Positions 58,308-64,000 of a stretch of 64,000 bases of DNA are shown piece by piece. The first letter of the stretch is position 1. The number at the start of each line of letters is the position of its first letter. The notes below the pieces were generated by a model that did no database searches, was not told the DNA's origin, and was given only the letters and a program-made list of their open reading frames with translations. Position numbers and translations under genes: made by a program. This DNA comes from Candidatus Latescibacterota bacterium (lineage in GTDB: Bacteria; Latescibacterota; UBA2968). The DNA lies in assembly GCA_965208125.1 (NCBI GenBank), contig OZ242320.1, positions 1,568,001 to 1,632,000 on the forward strand, given 5' to 3'.

Positions 58308-60659
58308 CTATTGCCCAGAATTCGTGTACACATAAACCTTTTCATCCTCCTCGTCAACCACATAGAATCTGTTGTTAGCATACGTGATACCTGCCGGATC
58401 ATCGTTGTCGCTATCCAGATCAAAGTCCGCACTTTCTACTCGCTGACCACTACTCGTGTACACATACACCTTAGCAGGATACCCCGTATCAACCACATAG
58501 AATCTGTTGTTGGCATACGTGATGCCTGCCGGCCAACTGTTGTCGCTATCCAGATCGAAGTCCGCACTTGCTACTCGCTGACCACTACTCGTGTACACAA
58601 GCATCTTATCATCACCATCAACAGACAACTCCCCGGCATCAGTCACATAGAATCTGTTGTTGGCATACGTGATACCTTCCGACCAAATGTTTCTGCCGCC
58701 ATCCAGATCGAAGTCCGCACTTGCATCACGCTGACCACTACTCGTGTACGCATACACCTTATCAACCACCAAATCAGTCACATAGAATCGGTTGTTGACA
58801 TACGTGATACCAGACGGCCACCACATGTCGGCTCTATCCAGATCAAAGTCTGCACTTGCATCACGCTGACCACTACTCGTGTACACATACACCTTTTCAT
58901 CCTCCTCGTCAACCACATAGAATCTGTTGTTGGCATACGTGATACCAGACGGATCACCGTTGCCGCTTTCCAGATTAAAGTCTGCACTTGCATCACGCTG
59001 ACCACTACTCGTGTACGCATACACCTTTTTAACACCAAAAATCTCATCATCAAGCACATAGAATCCGTTGTTAGCATACGTGATGCCTGCCGGCCAACTG
59101 TTGTCGCTATCCAGATCAAAGTCAGCACTTTCTTCACGCTGTCCACTACTCGTGTACACATACACCTTTTCAGGATACCTCGTATCAAGCACATAGAATC
59201 CGTTGTTGGCATACGTGATGCCTGCCGGACGACTGTTGTCGCTATCCAAATCGAAGTCTGCACTTGCTACTCGCTGACCACTACTTGTGTACGCATACAC
59301 CTTTTCATCCTCCTCATCAAGCACATAGAATCTGTTGTTGGCATACGTGATACCTTCCGGATCACCGTTGCCGCTATCCAGATCGAAGTCTGCACTTGCG
59401 TCACGCTGACCACTACTCGTGTACGCATACACCTTATCATCCCACCAATCAACCACATAGAATCTGTTGTTGGCATACGTGATGCCTGTCGGCCAACTGT
59501 TGTTGCTATCCAGATCAAAGTCAGCACTTTCTTCACGCTGTCCACTACTCGTGTACGCATACACCTTTTCATCATCATCAACCACATAGAACCGGTTGTT
59601 GGCATACGTGATTCTTGCCGGATCATCGTTTGCGCTATCCAGATCAAAGGGCGAGGTTGGTGTGCTTGTAGGTGGCGTCCCACCCCCACCAGAGGACGGA
59701 ACCTGTTGACCATAGCTGCTGGTAAACATTAAAAAATCAAAAAAATTGATCACGCCATTGCCATCCAGATCATACTTCGCCTGATATCTACCATCCCCTG
59801 CCTGTGCGCCATACTGCCCCTCAAACGCCACAAAGTCGGAAAAGCCAACAGTTCCATCGCCATCAAAGTCGGTAGAAAGCGCAACATTAAACGAGATCGC
59901 ATGTGTTGTTGTGATTACGTCGCTTGATGTCGCGCTTTCAGCAAGCGTAACCTGCTTAATACCAAGCCTGAACGCCTGACCCGTGACATCTGCGGCAGTG
60001 GAAAATTCTGCCCGTGCTATAAAACCAGACGAGGGCAAAGTGACAGGTGGGGCACCTGCCAGACTCGCACCTGTAGCCTCTGAAATAATAAACTGAAACG
60101 CACTGTTCTCGGCTTTGTCAAACGTCAAAACAGACGCATCAAAGTCAAACTCGAGTTTCACACCGACCAGTGATGTGGTCACACCTTTTGCGAAGACTTC
60201 AACGGCAATTTTTGTGCCCTGTCCAGAAACAACACCCGAATGAACGCCATCATCTATCTGATTACCCGCTCCACCATTGGGAATAAGATCAAGCGATAGG
60301 GGCGCATTTGCATTGGAACCAACAGCAATTTTTGCCCGCCGTTCAGGTCCTGCTCCAGATGCCCCTGCATCTTTTTCTTTTTGCACTTTAGCCTTGAGAG
60401 CGACCAGGCGTGCAAGAATTTCTGCACGTCGTTCAGGCTCCGCCTCCAATGCCATCGCCTCTTTTTCTTTCCGCATTCTGGCCTCAATTGCGGCCAGGCG
60501 TTCAAGCCACTGCTCCATCTGACGTTCAGCTATTTCTGAACGCCGTAAGGAATCCTTAGCCGAAGTATTAACCTTCGTGGCGTCAGCAGCAATCTGACTG
60601 CCCACAAAGACCAGCAATGCAAAGGCAACAATACCCAACAATACTTTTTTTTGAAACAT
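58308..60659 (-). CDS. Secreted protein: cohesin-like domain, dockerin-like module and ten beta-propeller (NHL-like) repeats
   Basis: Signal peptide; IAVEVF...GVKLEFDFDASVLTF; DFDGDGTVGFSDF...DLDGNGVINFFDF; 10x DFDLD....P.GITYANNRFYV.D...KVY.YTSSGQR. Confidence 0.85.
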   Translation of the reverse strand: MFQKKVLLGIVAFALLVFVGSQIAADATKVNTSAKDSLRRSEIAERQMEQWLERLAAIEARMRKEKEAMALEAEPERRAEILARLVALKAKVQKEKDAGASGAGPERRAKIAVGSNANAPLSLDLIPNGGAGNQIDDGVHSGVVSGQGTKIAVEVFAKGVTTSLVGVKLEFDFDASVLTFDKAENSAFQFIISEATGASLAGAPPVTLPSSGFIARAEFSTAADVTGQAFRLGIKQVTLAESATSSDVITTTHAISFNVALSTDFDGDGTVGFSDFVAFEGQYGAQAGDGRYQAKYDLDGNGVINFFDFLMFTSSYGQQVPSSGGGGTPPTSTPTSPFDLDSANDDPARITYANNRFYVVDDDEKVYAYTSSGQREESADFDLDSNNSWPTGITYANNRFYVVDWWDDKVYAYTSSGQRDASADFDLDSGNGDPEGITYANNRFYVLDEEDEKVYAYTSSGQRVASADFDLDSDNSRPAGITYANNGFYVLDTRYPEKVYVYTSSGQREESADFDLDSDNSWPAGITYANNGFYVLDDEIFGVKKVYAYTSSGQRDASADFNLESGNGDPSGITYANNRFYVVDEEDEKVYVYTSSGQRDASADFDLDRADMWWPSGITYVNNRFYVTDLVVDKVYAYTSSGQRDASADFDLDGGRNIWSEGITYANNRFYVTDAGELSVDGDDKMLVYTSSGQRVASADFDLDSDNSWPAGITYANNRFYVVDTGYPAKVYVYTSSGQRVESADFDLDSDNDDPAGITYANNRFYVVDEEDEKVYVYTNSGQ

Positions 60660-61006
60660 TTACAATCCCCGATGTCATTGTTGTTTTTCAGATACTTACA
60701 TGATGGATTCCACGAACATTGCGATGATAAATGGCCTGTCTTTTTTTGTAAACGTTTGTAAATCTCATTATAAAAAAATGATATATCATGTCAAATTAAA
60801 AATATCGCCGTAAATATGAAAGAGCAAGTCGTAAGATTTGTCCTGCTGTTCAGAATTTGTTCCAGTTTCCTTTTTTTGCGATTATTTTTCAGGTGGATAG
60901 GCAAAAATAGGAAGTTCTTTCGATATTTGGAGATCACAAGGCGATTGAGTATCTTAAATAATCTCTATCGAATCTATTCACAGGATTGATAATAAGGGAA
61001 TTACAC

Positions 61007-62590
61007 ATGATTGATATACTGGGTTTTATCTTCGTAATCTTAATCTGCGCCACAACCGCATGGGCAGAAGGAAACCACAGCAAATTGGTATATCCGGGAC
61101 CTGATGGACGGCTGGTCTATGTACCGGATGAAAAAGGCAATATAATCCCGGACTTTTCGCACTGCGGGTACATGGGGGGAGGTGTGGCACTGCCAGACGT
61201 ACCGGTCATATTGACCGTTCAACCCCAGGCAGAAGGAGACGACACAGCGCGATTACAAGCGGCAATTGACGACGTATCTGCGCGCGCACTGGACGCCAAT
61301 GGATTTCGCGGGACCCTGTTACTCGAGCGCGGAAAATATCGAATTGGCGGAACCCTGCGGATTCGGGCAAGCGGCGTTGTACTCCGCGGTCAAGGCACAG
61401 ATGAAAACGGCACAGTATTAATCGCAACAGGGAAAGGACAGCGCACATTAATCGAATTTGAAGGCCGGGGACGCAGGCCGCGAGAAATAGAAAACACGCG
61501 ACAGGCCATTGTAGATGATTATGTCCCCGTAGGCGCAAAAACATTCGCCATAGCAGACGCTTCAGATTTTGCATCAGGCGACGCGATCATCGTACATCGC
61601 CCCAGCACGGCAAAGTGGATTGCAACCATAGGCATGGACCGCATAGAAATGAAACACCCCGGAGTCCAACAATGGAAACCTGGCTCCTACGACTTTCACT
61701 TTGACCGCACCATAACAGCCATAAATGGCAATCGAATAACAATCGACGCGCCAATGGGCAACGCGATAGAAAGCGAATACGGCGGTGGATCGATTTACAA
61801 ATACGAATATCCCGGGCGCATTGAACAGGTCGGCATCGAAAACTTGCGCGGCGTATCGGAATTTGATGAAACAGAAAAAGATCCCCGGCGGAAAAACGAA
61901 TATATCGACGAAGACCACGCCTGGAACTTCGTCGTATTCTCCCGGGTAAAAAATGCCTGGGCACGCGACATAACCTCAGTTCACTTTGGATATGCATGTA
62001 TAACCATTGGCAACCAGGCAAAATGGATGACCGTACAGGATAGCCAATGCCTCGACCCCGTATCAAAAATCACTGGATCGCGGCGCTACTCCTTCCCCAT
62101 CCACGGGCAATTATCCCTCGTACAACGGTGTTATACCCGGCGGGGACGACACGATTATGTACTGCACGCCCGCGTACCCGGACCAAATGCATTTGTAGAT
62201 TGCGTAGCAGACATCGCGCACTCCGACACGGGACCCCATCACCGCTGGTCTGTTTGCACCCTGTTTGACAACGTAATCGTAAACGGCAACGCCATCAACG
62301 TACAGGACCGGCAAAGTTCGGGCACCGGCCACGGTTGGGCGGGCGCGCAAAAAGTATTGTGGAATTGCGAGGCAGAGAGCTTTATCTTACAAAAACCCCC
62401 AACATCGCAAAATTACGCCATTGGCTGCATCGGCGAAAAACGAAACGGTCGGCACGCGCGCGAGGACGGATACTGGGATTCACACGGGCAAAAAGTAGTT
62501 CCGCGCAGTCTGTACTTAAAACAACTCGAAGATCGCCTGGGCATAGAAGCCGTAGAAGCCATAGGCGCACAAATCGGAGAGGAAAATTAA
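61007..62590 (+). CDS. Secreted beta-helix (pectin-lyase-like) carbohydrate-active protein
   Basis: PDFSHCGYMGG, DDTARLQAAID, SGVVLRG, HHRW, HGWAGA, PRSLY..QL. Confidence 0.75.
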   Translation: MIDILGFIFVILICATTAWAEGNHSKLVYPGPDGRLVYVPDEKGNIIPDFSHCGYMGGGVALPDVPVILTVQPQAEGDDTARLQAAIDDVSARALDANGFRGTLLLERGKYRIGGTLRIRASGVVLRGQGTDENGTVLIATGKGQRTLIEFEGRGRRPREIENTRQAIVDDYVPVGAKTFAIADASDFASGDAIIVHRPSTAKWIATIGMDRIEMKHPGVQQWKPGSYDFHFDRTITAINGNRITIDAPMGNAIESEYGGGSIYKYEYPGRIEQVGIENLRGVSEFDETEKDPRRKNEYIDEDHAWNFVVFSRVKNAWARDITSVHFGYACITIGNQAKWMTVQDSQCLDPVSKITGSRRYSFPIHGQLSLVQRCYTRRGRHDYVLHARVPGPNAFVDCVADIAHSDTGPHHRWSVCTLFDNVIVNGNAINVQDRQSSGTGHGWAGAQKVLWNCEAESFILQKPPTSQNYAIGCIGEKRNGRHAREDGYWDSHGQKVVPRSLYLKQLEDRLGIEAVEAIGAQIGEEN

Positions 62591-63331
62591 ATGGCAAAAC
62601 GCAAACGACGACCACAAGCAGGACCGGAATTCATGCGGCGCACACAGTTCAAAAATTTGGGCCCAACCGGACAGGCGCGCAGAGAACCACCTCCCATGCC
62701 CGAATTGCATTACCGGGGCGAAACAATAGACCTGCCCGAACCCGCGCAGATCGAAACAACGCAAATCGACCTGCGCCGAGCCATAGATGAGCGCAAGAGC
62801 GAGCGCGTATTCTTCGACGACCCCATCACACTGGATGAGCTGACCTACTTACTCTGGGCAACGCAGGGCGTAAAGGAATTTGAACAGGGCGAAACATTTC
62901 GCACCGTACCATCGGCGGGTGCGCGTCACGCATTTGAAACCTATATCGTAGTGAACAACGTAGAAAGCCTGGACCGCGGGTTATACCGGTATCTGGCCAT
63001 GGGACACAAACTGGGAATAATCGACCAATCAGACGAAATTGGCGAAAGAATTGCCAACACCACCTTGCAACCCGAACTGATCCAGACAAGTGCCGCCACA
63101 TTCATCTGGACAACAGTAGCCGCGCGAATGACCTGGCGCTACGGTGACCGGGGGTATCGTTATATCCACCTCGATGCCGGACATGTGGGACAAAACCTGT
63201 ACCTGGGCGCCATGGCCGTAAACTGCCGCGCCTGCACCAGTGCGGCATTCAACGACGACGAATTAAATCGGACGCTCAAACTCGACGGCGTCGAACATTT
63301 TGCCGTATATTTCGGCTCAGTGGGAAAATAA
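62591..63331 (+). CDS. SagB/ThcOx-type nitroreductase-family dehydrogenase
   Basis: RKSER, LLWATQG, RTVPSAGARH, YGDRGYRYIHLDAGHVGQNLYL. Confidence 0.92.
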   Translation: MAKRKRRPQAGPEFMRRTQFKNLGPTGQARREPPPMPELHYRGETIDLPEPAQIETTQIDLRRAIDERKSERVFFDDPITLDELTYLLWATQGVKEFEQGETFRTVPSAGARHAFETYIVVNNVESLDRGLYRYLAMGHKLGIIDQSDEIGERIANTTLQPELIQTSAATFIWTTVAARMTWRYGDRGYRYIHLDAGHVGQNLYLGAMAVNCRACTSAAFNDDELNRTLKLDGVEHFAVYFGSVGK

Positions 63332-63347
63332 ATAGGAGGATAACGCC

Positions 63348-64000
63348 ATGAAAATTGAAGCAATCGACTTTCTGATCCTCAAAAGCGAACCCGTAACCCC
63401 GGAATGGCGACCCTTGCGCACCATGCGGGAATATCCCGGCGCGCACAAAGTGCGATTCGGTCACCGACTCTTTCAAGGCGAAGGAATTCAACTCACAAAA
63501 AGACCGGCGTACCTCACCCTGCTTCGCATCCGCACAGATGCAAACCTGGAAACCTGCGGTATTTTTGCCACCGGCTGGGCGCAGGAAGACCTCGAATGGG
63601 CAGCGCGCACATTCAAAGTACAGTGGGAACCGGAAATCGCAGGCACTGAAGCCCTGGACCGGGAGTACATGTGGCACAAAATGTGGATGGCGCGACGGTA
63701 TTTCCACATGGCATCCACCGCCCCGCTCGCCCTCATCGACTCCCTTCTCTGGGACCTGGCGGGCCTGCACGCACAATTACCCATCCACAAATTGCTCGGC
63801 GGATTTCGCAATCGCGTCCCCGCCTACCTCACCGAAACCGGCATACCCTACGAAGACACACTAAAATCCGCCCAAAGGGCTGTTGACGAAGGATACAAAG
63901 GCTTCAAAGACCACTCCATGCTCGGCGTGGAAACCAACCTCGCGCTCGCCAAAGACATCCGGGACCTCGTCGGCGACGACATGGTACTCATGCACGACCC
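63348..64000 (+). CDS. Mandelate racemase/muconate lactonizing enzyme family, runs off the right edge
   Basis: AGGAGG RBS; IDSLLWDLAG...LPIHKLLGG.R.RVPAY...GYKGFK...LMHD; not in ORF track. Confidence 0.88.
   Translation, partial: MKIEAIDFLILKSEPVTPEWRPLRTMREYPGAHKVRFGHRLFQGEGIQLTKRPAYLTLLRIRTDANLETCGIFATGWAQEDLEWAARTFKVQWEPEIAGTEALDREYMWHKMWMARRYFHMASTAPLALIDSLLWDLAGLHAQLPIHKLLGGFRNRVPAYLTETGIPYEDTLKSAQRAVDEGYKGFKDHSMLGVETNLALAKDIRDLVGDDMVLMHD

Noticed and set aside
58311-59651. Repeat/variable pattern as CRISPR or a diversity-generating retroelement
   Set aside because: Continuous ORF; variation includes indels and is not obviously adenine-specific; no reverse transcriptase in the window
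62591-63331. SagB-like gene as part of a RiPP cluster
   Set aside because: No YcaO, precursor peptide or transporter nearby; stand-alone members are common
1-64000. tRNA, rRNA or tRNA-Sec genes
   Set aside because: None recognised by eye; a covariance-model scan is needed to exclude them

Overview
Bacterial chromosomal window with a housekeeping and catabolic backbone: an NtrC-type regulator and beta-propeller histidine kinase, an ECF sigma/anti-sigma operon with two TlpA-like redoxins, two sulfatases, a UxuA-like dehydratase, a cytochrome c maturation (ccm) cluster with CxxxY-type CcmE, an M32 carboxypeptidase, rsgA and lolC/E. This backbone is repeatedly interrupted by accessory patches of toxin-antitoxin genes and fragments, an Rpn locus, an EEP-nuclease gene pair and secreted repeat proteins sharing a dockerin-like EF-hand module. 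The repeat-protein and sulfatase content resembles marine sponge symbionts, but that is inference only. Main observations: (1) a 125-bp segment bounded by perfect 18-bp inverted repeats lies between a Calx-beta-like adhesin gene and a divergent Cre-like tyrosine recombinase. The -35 box is inside the segment and a -10 box is in each repeat, so inversion would redirect a consensus promoter from the recombinase to the adhesin. (2) A SelW/Rdx-family selenoprotein (CxxU, in-frame TGA plus SECIS-like hairpin) at 47374-47613 is absent from the ORF track. (3) Two uncharacterised gene pairs occur: EEP nuclease plus small protein inside the ccm cluster, and membrane-anchored ATPase plus YdjM-like hydrolase. 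(4) Four dockerin-like-tagged secreted proteins are present, one also carrying a cohesin-like domain. All family calls come from motif recognition by eye; no searches were run.
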